A stretch of DNA of 64,000 nucleotides from Octopus vulgaris (lineage: Eukaryota): NCBI GenBank assembly GCA_951406725.2, contig OX597819.1:104036001-104100000 (forward strand), written 5' to 3'. Below, piece after piece: positions 41,568 through 56,220 of the stretch. Made by a program: the position numbers and the translations under genes. The notes beneath the pieces are model-generated. The model ran no database searches. It worked only from the letters and a program-made list of their open reading frames with translations, and was not told where the DNA came from. Numbering within the stretch: position 1 is the first letter of the stretch; every line of letters begins with the position of its first letter.

Positions 41568-41630
41568 ACTTCTGATGAAGCTACCAACAGAATTCAACTG
41601 CTCACTTCCAGGTACTGAAAGGTAACAGGG
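41568..41630 (+). ncRNA. Degenerate hammerhead-like motif
   Basis: CTGATGA-AG(C)TACC...GGTACT-GAAA-G-GTA. Stem II is plausible; stems I and III are poor. Confidence 0.35.
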
Positions 41631-42139
41631 ATGGCAACATATAATTAATGTAAGCGGGATCAAACTAAAGTCAGTCATATAGGCTGCATTGCTGTATTTT
41701 TGCTCCATTTAATTAATATATACGGTCAACTTTGCACTGCTATCAAAGCAATATGTATATTATATACATATGTACGTAGCCATCACTACAACTTCTCAGC
41801 AGTCAGTGCTGAGTAAACGATTCCTGACGATGGTTTTATATATATTAATTCATCGAAGCGTATCTCTCTTTAACTATGTATCGAAACTATGTCACTCTAT
41901 ATGTATCAATAAATTTCTATGTAGTTCTATCCATCTATCCACCGGTAGGCAACTCATTGTCGCACCATGTCTCTTGTGGTTTTAACCGCAAGGTTATTTC
42001 TCAGCAGATAAAAATTATCTTTGTTAAACATATGATCATAATCCTCGTTACAATTTTATCTCATACACCACTTACCCGTGCTCAAGTTAGACATACGAAC
42101 ACGCACATACGTATCTCTGTATGTGTGTATCTACGTATG

Positions 42140-42182
<43 letters not shown>

Positions 42183-42241
42183 ATATGCATATGTACGTGT
42201 ATGTGGGCATATATATCTATATACATATACATATATGTATC

Positions 42242-42278
<37 letters not shown>

Positions 42279-42319
42279 CATATATCTATAAGATCTATGT
42301 ATTTATATTTGTCTCAATG

Positions 42320-42364
<45 letters not shown>

Positions 42365-42690
42365 ATACACACATATAGGTATTTAAGCAAGCAGATAGAC
42401 TGTCATTTAAAGAGAGAATGGGAAATATCAGCATGAAACATGAACCATTAAAGAAACATAAGTGCAGTTTTAAAGTTTAAGCTTTAAAGATGGCATTTCA
42501 TTATATTTCACCAAGAAATCCATGCATGATGAATTCCTAGTTTTCAAGAATATTGGCGAATATATTTTCACTTTTATAAATAACATACTTTCTAAATATT
42601 TTTCTTGTTTTTCTTAAGTAAAGTTGCATGTATATATGTGTACATGTGAGTGAATGATAAAAGTGATATTCAATTATGTATTCAATATAA

Positions 42691-42751
<61 letters not shown>

Positions 42752-42812
42752 TATACATATATACTTGCATGCAATAATATGTAGACGTATAGATATATCC
42801 TATATGTGTATG

Positions 42813-42853
<41 letters not shown>

Positions 42854-42939
42854 GTACGTGTGCGCATAAATTTAAACAAGTGAGAGGTTTCTGTACATGC
42901 GTATAAATATCTATATATATGCATATATATTTATATGTA

Positions 42940-42983
<44 letters not shown>

Positions 42984-43144
42984 GAAAATAGTAAGTTTCA
43001 TACGTATGTGTATTTACACTCACATAGTTCTGTATGCGACATTTACAAACATACACACACATATATACATATATATCTAGATAATATATTACAAATATAT
43101 GCGTACAAATGAATATATGAATATATATGTATATGAATATATAT

Positions 43145-43193
<49 letters not shown>

Positions 43194-43374
43194 CTATATA
43201 TACATACATGTGCATACACACACACGCACACACATATATATATATACATACACACGTGCAAATATAAAAATATGTATATATACACATACATACATATATA
43301 CATACACACACATACATATATATTTATATATAAGCATATCCAAATATCTATATGGTTTGATATCTATATATCTG

Positions 43375-43430
<56 letters not shown>

Positions 43431-43594
43431 GTTATATACATACATAAATGTATACATACACACATACACACACATATATGTATACATAAGCATATAGAAA
43501 TATCTATATGGCTTGATATCTATAATGCAGTACACACAGACATAAATGCATCCTTACACATATATGTATGCATATGTGGGTCTGCAGTTATGGT

Positions 43595-43649
<55 letters not shown>

Positions 43650-44284
43650 GCTACCCACAAAAATGAGAGGAAAAAGTTTTCTGAAACTACCTCTGAACAA
43701 GAACAAGAACAGCAACAATTACAACAGCAACAGCAGTAAGTTGTAAAAGACGAGTAAGAAAAGAAGGCAAAGCAGAATATAAAATAAAAGAAAGACAAAA
43801 ATAGTGGCAGCATCGATAATATTGCATCCATCAGTGGTAACTGCAGGTGAAGTGGAAGCATAAGAAGCACACATATGATTTCCTTCGCCGTTACCACTAA
43901 AGAAAACAACCTTGTGTTTCCCCTTTACTGAATTACATATATATTCTTATGGCGAATACATTTTTTACTGGAAATATCAGTTCATATATGTATGTGTGTA
44001 TATGTATGTATTTGTAAGTATGTGTATGTTGTGTGTGTATTGTGTGTATATATTGTGTGTGTGCATATTGTGTGTGCGTGTTGTATGTGTGTTTATATAA
44101 ATATATGTATATATAAACGTATATAACTCTGTATAACCATATATGTTTCTTTATATACTTATGTATATGCATGTACACACATGCACACATATATGCACAT
44201 AGACGATATGTATACGCATAAATACACAATATGATTATAAGCATATATACATGCAAATCACAAACGCATAAATGTGTCGTTGTG

Positions 44285-44299
44285 CATACTTGTGTTAGA

Positions 44300-44343
<44 letters not shown>

Positions 44344-44358
44344 TCTAACACAAGTATG
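44285..44358. repeat. Perfect palindrome centred on (TA)n
   Basis: CATACTTGTGTTAGAG-(TA)n-CTCTAACACAAGTATG. Confidence 0.97.
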
Positions 44359-45413
44359 TATATATATATATATATATATACATATGTATATATATATATA
44401 TATATATACATATATATACATATATACATATACACTCATATATATATATATATACATACATATATATATATATATATGCACATACATGTATATATATAAA
44501 TGAATATATACATAATACACACATACATACATATACTTCAATACACACATAAACATAATATACATATATACCCATATTAATATATATTTTCATACTTATA
44601 ATGCAATGCGCGCGCACATACACACACACACGCACAAAATCATATATTCCTACACACACACACATACACACATTTATATATGTGGGTATTAATGTAGAGA
44701 CGTAAACACATAAAATCTCTCTATATGCACATAATTTTTCAATATTCAAGTGAAAGTCTGGCAGTGAAGCAGCTCAAAAATAATGATCACCTGACACAGG
44801 AAATAGAAATTTAAAGAACAGTTTACTGTTATGGTGGAAGCTTTTGCAATTTGGTTACACTTAGCAGGACAAGACATACTTTCCTTCCTTCTCCCATTTA
44901 TTTTATATGTACATGCATACATACATACATACATACATACATACATACATACATACATACATACATACATACATACATACATACATACATTCAGTCATAC
45001 ATACATACATATATCTATATATATATGTATACATATGTAAATACATACATCTGCCACCGAGAAATGATGCATGCAAATACACAAATATATACTCATACAC
45101 GTTTATCATTTATGCTTTATATATGTATACATACATGCGTACATATATATATGTATATCTATCTATCTATCTATCAATATAATTTGTGTAACAGAAAACA
45201 AGGATACTCAATATATAAGAATTGTGTAATATTAAATGAAAACTCAGAATAGCTGCCGTTGCTCTGATTTAGTTTCACTTATATACATACATGTATACAT
45301 ACAGACAGATATACGCGCGCGCACGCACACTTAAAAGACTCAAAAGACTTCTTCAGGTGGCGATATCCAGTCAGTCATGGCCTGGGTCGATAGTGGTCTA
45401 AATCAAACTATGT

Positions 45414-45468
<55 letters not shown>

Positions 45469-45477
45469 AGTTATATA

Positions 45478-45712
45478 CGATCAGCGGAACAACTTGCTCG
45501 TGAAATTAACGTGCAAGTGGCTGAGAATTACGCAGACACGTGTGCTATTAACGCAGTTCTCAAGTAGATTAAGCGTGTCCTTTGAAATACAGGTACTACT
45601 CATTTTTGCCAGCTGAGTGGACTTGAGCAACATGAAATAAAGTGTCTTGCTCAAGGGCATAACCTTACGATCGTGAACCGGATGCCCTAACCACTAACCC
45701 ACGTGCCTTCAC
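45478..45712 (-). mobile_element. SINE family D (tRNA head, internally deleted)
   Basis: Minus strand GGCACGTGGGTTAGTGGTTAGGGCATCCGGTTCACGATC...CCTTGAGCAAGACACTT...CCACTCAGCTG. Confidence 0.8.
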
Positions 45713-45724
45713 ATACACACACAC

Positions 45725-45757
<33 letters not shown>

Positions 45758-45774
45758 CGTGTGTGTGTGTATAA

Positions 45775-45990
45775 TTTGTCAGTATTGAGGGAAACGGATT
45801 TGCTCTTTATGGAGAGTGGTTCTCTTTCTTAAGGTCATACTCGTCTGTCCAATATAGTTGTGTTCCCAACCCGTGTAGGTTATTGCATAAATTAGGTTCT
45901 CAGAGGCACAAGTGAAACTAGTTTTAATTGTGAACTTCTGTCCTTGTTTGAAAAGGAAATCCGAGCCTTCAAGTAAGTTGGGGCACAACA
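45775..45990 (-). mobile_element. Penelope-like GIY-YIG endonuclease fragment
   Basis: FTCASENLIYAITYTGWEHNYIGQTSMTLRKRTTLH. Confidence 0.88.
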
Positions 45991-46085
45991 GGGGCTGCTT
46001 TCGTTCCCATAGCAATTCTTCATTTCTGACGATAGTGTGTCATCAAATAGATAATAATTGTTCTGAAGTATACATTTTAAAGATT

Positions 46086-46130
<45 letters not shown>

Positions 46131-46237
46131 CAATAAAGATTCAAGTTAATTTAAATGAATTTACTTGAATATGGTACCTAACTTAGATGCACCAAAAAAA
46201 AAACTATACTGTTTTAACAATACTGCTTCTTTCTCGC

Positions 46238-46268
<31 letters not shown>

Positions 46269-46270
<2 letters not shown>

Positions 46271-46735
46271 CGCAGGCGTAGCTATGTAGTAAGAAGCTTG
46301 CTTCTCAACCACATGGTTCCAGGTTCAGTCCCACTGCGTGGCACCTTGGGTAAGTGTCTTCTATGTAGCCTCGGGCCAACCAAAGCCTTGTGAGTAGATT
46401 TGGTAGAAGGAAACTGAGACAAAGCAACGTTGGTTGTCAAGCGATGATAGGTGGCAAACATAAACACAAACACACACACATAAATACACACACACACACA
46501 CACACATATTTGTGTGTGTGTCTTTATGTTTATGTTTTCCCCCTATCATCGCTCGACAACCGATGTTGGTGTGTTTATGTCCGCTAACTTAGCGGTTCGG
46601 CAAAAGACACCGTTTGAATAAGTACTAGGCTTACAAAGAATAAGTTCTGGAGTCGATTTCTTCGACTAAAATGTCCTTGAGGAGGTACTTAAGCAGGGCC
46701 GCAGTCAAATGACTGAAACAAGTAAAAGATTAAAA
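46269..46735 (+). mobile_element. SINE family A with an internal inverted duplication
   Basis: GGCGCAGGCGTAGCTATGTAGTAAG head. 46425-46470 is the reverse complement of the segment ending at 46568. Confidence 0.92.
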
Positions 46736-46744
46736 CTATATATA

Positions 46745-46903
46745 TTGGGTCATCCCATAAATAATGCGGTTTTTTCAATAGCATGAACTTAAAGTCGGAT
46801 CAGGGTGGGATAAACTATTTGTATCAACTTGCTATAAAAGCAGGTAGTAATTAAACCTTGTACTTATTCTTAGTGCAAGTTTTGAAGAGTGCAGTTCGAA
46901 TTT

Positions 46904-46908
<5 letters not shown>
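46745..46908 (+). mobile_element. Mariner-like left end (TIR)
   Basis: TA|TTGGGTCATCCCATAAATAATGCGGTTTTT, truncated at (TA)n. Confidence 0.65.
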
Positions 46909-46964
<56 letters not shown>

Positions 46965-47124
46965 TATATGTTGGTCCCTCAACCCTATTATCTCCCCTTA
47001 TTTCGCTCTCGCGTCTCATGTTTGATCTTTGACCTCTGGCCGAAATCAGATCGCCATGTTGATTCGTTAGCTACTGCACGCATTTTTTTCTCTCCTTCTT
47101 TCTGTGTTTTTCTCTCTCTGTGTA

Positions 47125-47162
47125 TCTTTCTGTTGAAGAGCGTAGGCTCGAAACGTTAAAGA
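47125..47162 (+). ncRNA. Minimal hammerhead-like motif in a putative PLE fragment (46968-47261)
   Basis: TCTTT-CTGTTGA-A-GAGC(GTAG)GCTC-GAAA-CG-TT-AAAGA: 5-bp stem I, 4-bp stem II and an AACGTT palindrome. Confidence 0.65.
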
Positions 47163-47260
47163 CTTGTTTTATTTATATTTCCTGAGCGCCATACTAATAC
47201 AATTGTTCGTTTGTTTTCCACCTGCCTTCGTCTTTTGTTTATTTTCATAAAGCTTCCCGT

Positions 47261-47299
<39 letters not shown>

Positions 47300-47712
47300 G
47301 TATGTATGTATGTATATATATATATATATATACACATATTTGTGTGTGTATAATCAATGAAATGAACTACACCCAGAGATTCTGATGGGTTTTTTTCAGT
47401 GCCTTCAAGACTGATGTGAGGCTGTTTTCTTCAAACTGTTGTAATCAGTTATTGGAATGAAACCTGGTGAGTGCTCAAGTTCATAAGGAAAATCTGATGA
47501 CCCAAACCTCCAGAATAAATAATGCAGTACTAACGACTACTCGAGTCTTCCGGCATGAACTGGTACTTTATATTAGTAGATTGAAAAGATAAAAAGTAAA
47601 GTCTATTCGGCATGATTTGGACTGAGATCGTAGAGAACGAACAAATAGTAATATGCTGTCTTATATTTTTTAGTTATTTGTTTTTATACTTTTTGTCTAG
47701 AGATAGTGCTAC

Positions 47713-47925
47713 GGTGGTGAGCTGGAGAATCGTCACACCGTTGGACAAGATGTTAGGCTGCGTTTCTTCCGGCTCTCTGTGGTCTGAGTTCAAATTGTGC
47801 CGAGGTAAACTTTTTACTTTAACGTTTCGGGATCGATAAAATATGTACCAGTTGAATACTGGAGTCGATGCAATCGACTACACTTACCCTCAAAATTGCT
47901 GGTCTTGTGCCAAAATTAGAAAGGA
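47713..47925 (+). mobile_element. SINE family B (old)
   Basis: GGTGAGCTGGAGAATCGT...CTGAGTTCAAATT...GTCGATGCAATCGACT...CTTGTGCCAAAATT. Confidence 0.85.
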
Positions 47926-48884
47926 TTGATAGAGAATATTTTCTAGGAATCTTCTCAACAATACTTTCCTCCTTAAATGTTTGCTTTACAACATAGCTGG
48001 AATGAAATTACAACTGTCACATCTATAAGGTTCTTACTCTTATGGTTTTCCTATCATGATTAATGAGAATGTCTATCTGTAAGAAATTTTAATGACAAAT
48101 AACAGCAAATAGAGCAGAGTATATTTCTGAGTTGCAAGAAAACGATTTCCAACACATATCACAATGATAATTTTTCCCCGGCTGTACTTAGCTATAAATT
48201 ACATATCTAAGTTTATTTCAAGCTGATTGTTTCTCCAGATATTTCGCATTGATATAATGTTCTCAATACGTATTCAGCGAATAAATACGCGTATAGCTTT
48301 CATCTACACAGAACAATTTCAATAGTATTTCACATGGATATACTTTTGGACCAGTGTGTATTCATATATTAATATGAGTTTATAATTCACAAAGATTTCG
48401 CAAATATTTTAATGAGAGGGTTTTTCTCAAACGGGAGTATATTTTTTGACTACAAAATAAGTGTTCTTCAATGTGAGCAAGTAGGTGGGCTATAAGCTTA
48501 GATTTGCAAGAGAATTTCACCACTTTTTCACAGTTAGAAGGCCATATTTCTTATAAGCCATTCAAAGCTAACTAACTAACTAACTAAAGCCATGTTGTTT
48601 ATTATGAGCAAACTTAAATAGCTAGATCTATTAAACGTTAGATCTGAAAAATTCAATACGCAGATAAATTCGTATTACATGAATGAACCCAGGCATCCTA
48701 CATAGGGCTGCGTATCTACACAGGTCAGGTTGGTAAAGACTAAGATGCCGAATTCTCATATAGTTTCATTCAAATAATACTCCTTTAATTACAATTTTAT
48801 ATTGATATATATATATGTGTATGTGTGTGTGTGTGCGTGTGTGCATGTGATTACGTACATGGAATTCCATTGCAGCATTTATGA

Positions 48885-49087
48885 TGATAGAATCGTTAGT
48901 ACATCGCGCTGAATGCTTAGCAGCATGTCGTCTGTCTATACGTTCTGAGTTCAAATTCCGGCGAGGCCGATTTTACCTTTCATCCTTTCGGTGTCGATAT
49001 AATAAGGACCAGTTGGCACTGGCGTCAATATAATCGACTGACTCCCTATCCAAAAATTTCTGGCCCAGTGTCAAAATTTCAAACCAA
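48885..49087 (+). mobile_element. SINE family B (old)
   Basis: AGAATCGTTAG...GTTCTGAGTTCAAATTCCG...CCTTTCATCCTTTCGG. Confidence 0.85.
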
Positions 49088-49182
49088 CATTTATGATACT
49101 AAATTTTACAAAAAATCTATAAAACTGTCATATTCTCAAACACTGATACATACGAAACACACACGCACACACAAACACACAC

Positions 49183-49247
<65 letters not shown>

Positions 49248-49998
49248 TATATATATATATGCACATATGCATTTATATATTTCATGCAAATGGAAGAATA
49301 TATTACACACACACACACACATACGCAACACACACGTGTGTGTGAGTATATAGATGAACAAGCGAAAAATGGATTGAACAGCATTCTTTATTTTAAATGA
49401 CAATTTGTTTCCATACAACGTTACACCGGTAGTACACTAATGAAATAGTATAATTAACATATAATGTAAACACTGACATCAAATATGTAAGATATGTTTC
49501 TTCATGCTGTTAAGCAGTCTTTTGCCACTGTTGTATCTGTCTTTTGACGACAGTTCTTGCTCTGACAGATATTGTTATATTCCGAAGTCGTCGATAGAAC
49601 ATTTCTATCTGGCATTGTACGACCCTCAGTCGTAACAAGTGTTATTATCCTCAAAAGGTTGGATCGATATAAAGTCCACTCAGAATTACAGTATAATTAC
49701 TATATCAGCACAGATACGACTATCAACACAATCTACACGTACTCTCGACCTTCAACTGGTCTATTTATAATGGCTGCGTACTACCACCTTTTACCAGGAG
49801 GGGTGTACAACTTCACTATACGACACTTCATGTTTGAAATAAGGCCATTCTAAAAATTAATATTGTAATTTCATCTGCAACTGCAAGATGACATCCGGTA
49901 GCCAACAATCGTGTGCGAGCTTTGCATAGAATACAAGATTGTTATCTAAAGGTTTCTTATTCACTTATATGTGTATGTGTGTAAATTTATGTTTATCC

Positions 49999-50046
<48 letters not shown>

Positions 50047-50063
50047 ATGTATACAAATATTCA

Positions 50064-50141
<78 letters not shown>

Positions 50142-50497
50142 CACGCATATTTTCATGTCTATATATATTTACGTCACAGTATATGGATTCGAGTAATCCG
50201 GTAGTACTTTTAAAAAGAAAAAGGTCCTTAATGTATTATTCTACGAAATATATAGAATATATAGAACAATTCAAGAGAAACAAAGACTTTCTTTCACCTG
50301 AGGACGTAGCTGAAATTCTGCATTATTTTGAAAGACTTTTTGCAATTTGCAGACATGTAAGTAATTTATATATTATTATATATAAATTATTTACATGTTT
50401 TTAAGTTACGGAACAATTTGTCGTGATATTTGAATTTTCTTATTTTTAAATAAAATTTCATCAAACTATTTCTCTGTCATTTATGACTTTATGTCTC

Positions 50498-50648
<151 letters not shown>

Positions 50649-50718
50649 GTACGTCAGTGTATTGCAAGATTGTATATACATACGTACATATACACACACA
50701 CCTACGCACACACATATG

Positions 50719-50768
<50 letters not shown>

Positions 50769-51278
50769 AGTTTAGATATGTATGTAAATTTTTATGTATA
50801 TATGTATATACCGAGACAGTAATTGAAATGTATGAATGCTTGGCCACGTATATCAATATACTTCAGCTGATATATCAAATTTATTTAGTATATAACCAAA
50901 TGGAAGTTTATAGTGATAAGATATGCATATTTAACTGATCATATGAAACGGCATGCATTGCATAAGAAAGGTATATATGATGCTGCTGCTGCTGCTGATG
51001 ATGATGATGGTGAAAACGGTGATGATGAGATACAAATGTGTGTGTGTGTGTACATACATACATGCATACATACATAATAATATATATATAATACATACAT
51101 ACATGCATACACAAACACATATATGTAAACATATACATATATATGCTTACGGTGTGTGAGAATGTCTGTACAAATATATGTATATCTATATGCATTTATA
51201 CTTGCATATATATATGCGTATACATAATAGACGCACAAATACACGTATATATAGCGTATATGTAATTATGTGTGCGTG

Positions 51279-51339
<61 letters not shown>

Positions 51340-51398
51340 GTCTGTCTGTCTGTCTACCTGTCTGTCTACCTGTCTGTCTGCCTATCTGTCTGTCTATC

Positions 51399-51447
<49 letters not shown>

Positions 51448-51721
51448 GTCTGTCTGTCTGTCTGTCTGTCGGTCTGCCTCTCTGTATGTCTGTCTGTCTG
51501 TATGTCCGTCTGTCCGTCCGTCCATCCATCCATCCATACATTCATCCATCTATCTCTCTATCTATATGCATAAGGACATACACACACACACACACACACC
51601 AATTGTTGACGGTATTAGGAGAGACGAACTATGTAGTAGAAAAGATAGATGATAAATAAGAAAAAAAGAAGAAGAAATGGACGGATAGTAGAAGTAGCTG
51701 AGGATATTGGTAATAAATCAT

Positions 51722-51905
51722 ATTTTATCTTTTATCTTTAACTTGTTTTAGTTATTGGATTGCAGCCTTACTGGAGCATCGCCTTGAAGGGTTTAGTCAA
51801 ACTGATCGGCCCTAGCACTTATTTCTTTTTGTATTGGTATCTTTTGTCGAACTGCTTAGTTACGGTACGTAAACAAACAGCGCCAGTTGTTAGGTGGTGG
51901 TGGGC
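51722..51905 (-). mobile_element. SINE family A, decayed 3' part
   Basis: TTTTATCTTTTATCTTTAACTTGTTT...CTGGAGCATCGCCTTGAAGG. Confidence 0.7.
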
Positions 51906-52601
51906 ACAAAATGGAGATTATAGACGGAAGATCCAGAAGAATAAAAATGATTGAAGACAACGAAGAAATAAAAGTACAAAAAAATATTGGAAAAGAACGA
52001 AAAAAAGTCAAAGAATAATGAAATAAAAAAAACAAACGATAAGATATATTAATAAAAGATGAGAGAGAAGAGATGAAACGTATGAAAGAAATGAAGAAAA
52101 AGTAGTTAGAAAATAAGACAAAATACGGAAAGGGATGTAGGAAAGAATAATAGATAAGAAGGAAAATTAAAAAAGATTGAAATGATGGTAAAATATTGAG
52201 ACAGAAGAGTGGATTTTAGATGCAAAGAAAGAAAGGGAGAAACTCTAAAGTTCAGAGGGAGAAAGAGAGAGAGGCAGACAGAGGGAGAGAGGTAGGTAGA
52301 AATGAGAGGTAGGGAAAGAGAGGAGTGAGAGGGGGAAGAGAGATAATGATAAATATATTAAAGAGAACAGATGCAAAGGGGTCAGACAGGAAAAGAAGGA
52401 AAATCTCCTCCCTCCCCCTTCCATTCCCCTCCCCTCCCTCCTCCCTCCTCTCCTCTCCTCTCCCCTCCCCTCCTCCACTTCTCTCCTCCCACTCTTCTCC
52501 CCTTCCCTCTTTCCATCTTCCCTTCCCCCTCTCCTCTCAGCTTCACTTCTCTGTCTCCTCCCCTCCTTATCCGCTCCTCTCCTCCTCTTCTTCTTCTTCT
52601 T

Positions 52602-52632
<31 letters not shown>

Positions 52633-52961
52633 ATTTTTTTTGCATTTTCCTGAAAAGCAGAAAAAAAATCAAAACAAAACCAAAGAGAAAACTCCATCAA
52701 AATGTAACTTACAAAAAAAAATGTTAATGTAGGAAAATAAACTCATGACAGAAATATATATATAAATGTGTATGTGTGTGTGTGTACGTGTGTGTGTGTA
52801 TGTGTGTACGTGTGTGTGTGTATGTGTGCATGTGTGTATGTGTGTACGTGTGTGTATATGGGGAAATATATTCATACAAACGCGCACGCACCTGTACATC
52901 CATACACAAACTGGTATGCATATGCACAAACTATATATATATATATACACGCACAAACACG

Positions 52962-52994
<33 letters not shown>

Positions 52995-53221
52995 TGGACA
53001 TATATGTATATCAGCTGAATAAAATTGAGGAAAAAAAAATAAGCAGCATGCCCTCTCGCTAGGCCTCACCAAATATTTTTCTTCTCTAAGACACGAATGA
53101 AGAATATGCATTTTTTGCAGTGTAGAAATTATAATGGTGTTAGAAGGTTTCTGTGTAATGGAGAGCAGCAATGTAGTAACGAAAGTTATAACTGTGATCC
53201 ATATTGATAATGTTTATGATG

Positions 53222-53256
<35 letters not shown>

Positions 53257-53419
53257 AATAATAATGTACCCATAACTGGACACAAGTGCCCATACCTGCA
53301 ATATAAAATGTCATAAAAAAAGAGGTTACAAGGCACCCACCTCATGCACAGACACGCATACAACCATCTACATATATACGTACATACATATATACATTCA
53401 TATACATATATATATATAT

Positions 53420-53503
<84 letters not shown>

Positions 53504-53872
53504 GTATGTATAGATATACACACTTGCATACATTATTGATGTAAGAAAACAGTCATTAAACAGCCACTATTGAACAAATACTGCCGTTGTAAATGTCTGT
53601 CTGGTTGAGTAAAAATTTGTTATATGCAACAGACGCTCTATTAGACTAAAATATCGATCTGCATATCATACTTTATGTAAAAACACTGCAAATTTACTGC
53701 GCTATTCGTCCGGAGATAATATTTCTTGTGGACGTACTCACAAAAGTACCAGTAGCAGCAATGAGGATGCTAGATGTTAATTTCTGACTTGTTAGTCTTT
53801 GTCAGTGGCGCATGATCACTGCCAACCACATGATATATATATATACACACACTCACACACACATACACACAT

Positions 53873-53903
<31 letters not shown>

Positions 53904-54724
53904 CACATACACACACACTACACGCTCTATAGGTATGCAATGATATAGAGTTGCATCCATTTATGCTTACATGTATCTATGTATATATCTTTTTTCTTTC
54001 TTCCTCCCTCTCTGTCTCTCTCTCTCTCTCTGTTCCTGTCTCTGTCTCTCTTTATCTCTCTGCTGAAAGATTGCTGCTTGAAACGTTACATTTCCTCTCC
54101 TCACCGCTGAACATTTAGTCCACAATTTGATCTATTTGTACTGCTGTTCAATGACGCAGGCGAACACCAGTTTCCTGCGAATTCCACTGATTCACTGTAT
54201 CTCTGTCATTGTCAGCCTCTTCGATAGTCTATCTTTCTGTAACGATGATGATGATGACGATAACTATGATGATGGTGGTCATCATAAGCATCATCATCGT
54301 CGTCCTCGTCGTCGTCGTCGACGTCGTCATTATCATCATCATCATCATCATCATCATCAACATCGTCGTCGCTGTCTTTATCATCATCATCATATACTCC
54401 CCATCATCATCATTGTCATCATCATTATCATCATCATAGTCATCATCATAGTCAGCATCATCGTCATCGTTGCCATTGTCGTCTGATAGATTAAATCGTA
54501 AACGTTTGCATGAGTGTGCGAACAAGCAGATTCATAAAAGTTGATATATATATACAAACCTACGTGCATACATGTGTATATACATGCTAAATATAAATAC
54601 ATACATACACTCATATAGACACACAAACTCCCTCTCCCGTACGTACACACATATATATGACTGTGTTTGTATGTACATATACATGTATGCGTGTATGTTT
54701 GCATGTATGTGTGTGCGTATGCGC

Positions 54725-54762
<38 letters not shown>

Positions 54763-55375
54763 TATTATATATTCATACACATGTATATATATGTTCACAC
54801 ACAGATATTCAGTAATCCGCAAGTCGCCAGCCGTTTCTCAGTGTGATGAATAATTTAAAGAACAATCTATCTTAGAAAAGCGCAAGTATTTTACTGGAAA
54901 TTAACTATATATTAATCATGGTCACAAACTATCCTATTGGCCATTTGGAGTCTGATTTGTCTTATGATTAATCATAAATGTACGACACACACCAACCAGT
55001 AATAAAATTGAATTACTTCCCTTTGAAACTAACACGCTCACGCATACAAAACGAAAGGAAACAATATGGATGGAAAAGAAAAATAACGGAGAAAAGAGCA
55101 ATAATGTTGAATAATTAAAGTAGGTGATTTATCGGGGGGAGGTACAGAATTGGAAATAGTGGTGGAGATCTAGGGAGGTGGGGGAAAATTTGTGCTAAAA
55201 CAGTGGTAAGTAGCGGCGTTGGTGGTTTCTGGTTGTGATGGAATGGAGAAAGCAGATGTAGATAGGTATGGAGAGAAGGGTGTGTAATGAAAATATTGCT
55301 TCGTTGCTATATATACATATACACATATATCTACGTCCCTATATTTTTTATTACACATATAAACGCATTTATGTT

Positions 55376-55465
<90 letters not shown>

Positions 55466-55480
55466 GTCTATCTATATGTG

Positions 55481-55523
<43 letters not shown>

Positions 55524-55562
55524 TTATCTATCTGTCTATCTATATGTGTATCTATCTATCTA

Positions 55563-55623
<61 letters not shown>

Positions 55624-55676
55624 CTCACTCACTCACTCACTCACTTACTCTCTCTCTCTCACTCTCTCACTCCCTC

Positions 55677-55715
<39 letters not shown>

Positions 55716-55907
55716 GTGCACTCAATATATATACATAAATATATACATGTGCTGCGTTTGGAAATGGGGGTATATAATGTATGTAGGTATACATATGTAT
55801 ACGAACATTTTATATATATATATACACATATATATGGATTGTGTATATGTATGCACACACAAGCATATATATATACATAGGTGTGTGTACATATATATAT
55901 ATGCATG

Positions 55908-55938
<31 letters not shown>

Positions 55939-56157
55939 ATACATACATACATACATACATACATACATACATACATACACTTACGAATATATAAATATAC
56001 TTGCGCATTCATATCTGTCGAGAGTTCGAAATTTTCTGGAGCCTCGGATATATTCATTTTTCTTCGAGTATATTTAGAAGGTAGTGCTCCAGCATTGCCG
56101 CAGTCCGTCGACTAAAAACACCGAAAGAATAAAATAATAATATGCATTCATGAATGG

Positions 56158-56200
<43 letters not shown>

Positions 56201-56220
56201 CACACATACATGCGAGAAAG

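Noticed and set aside
43320-43525. Direct repeat TAAGCATAT..AAATATCTATATGG.TTGATATCTATA (about 155-bp period)
   Set aside because: Simple local tandem duplication within microsatellite DNA; only two units.
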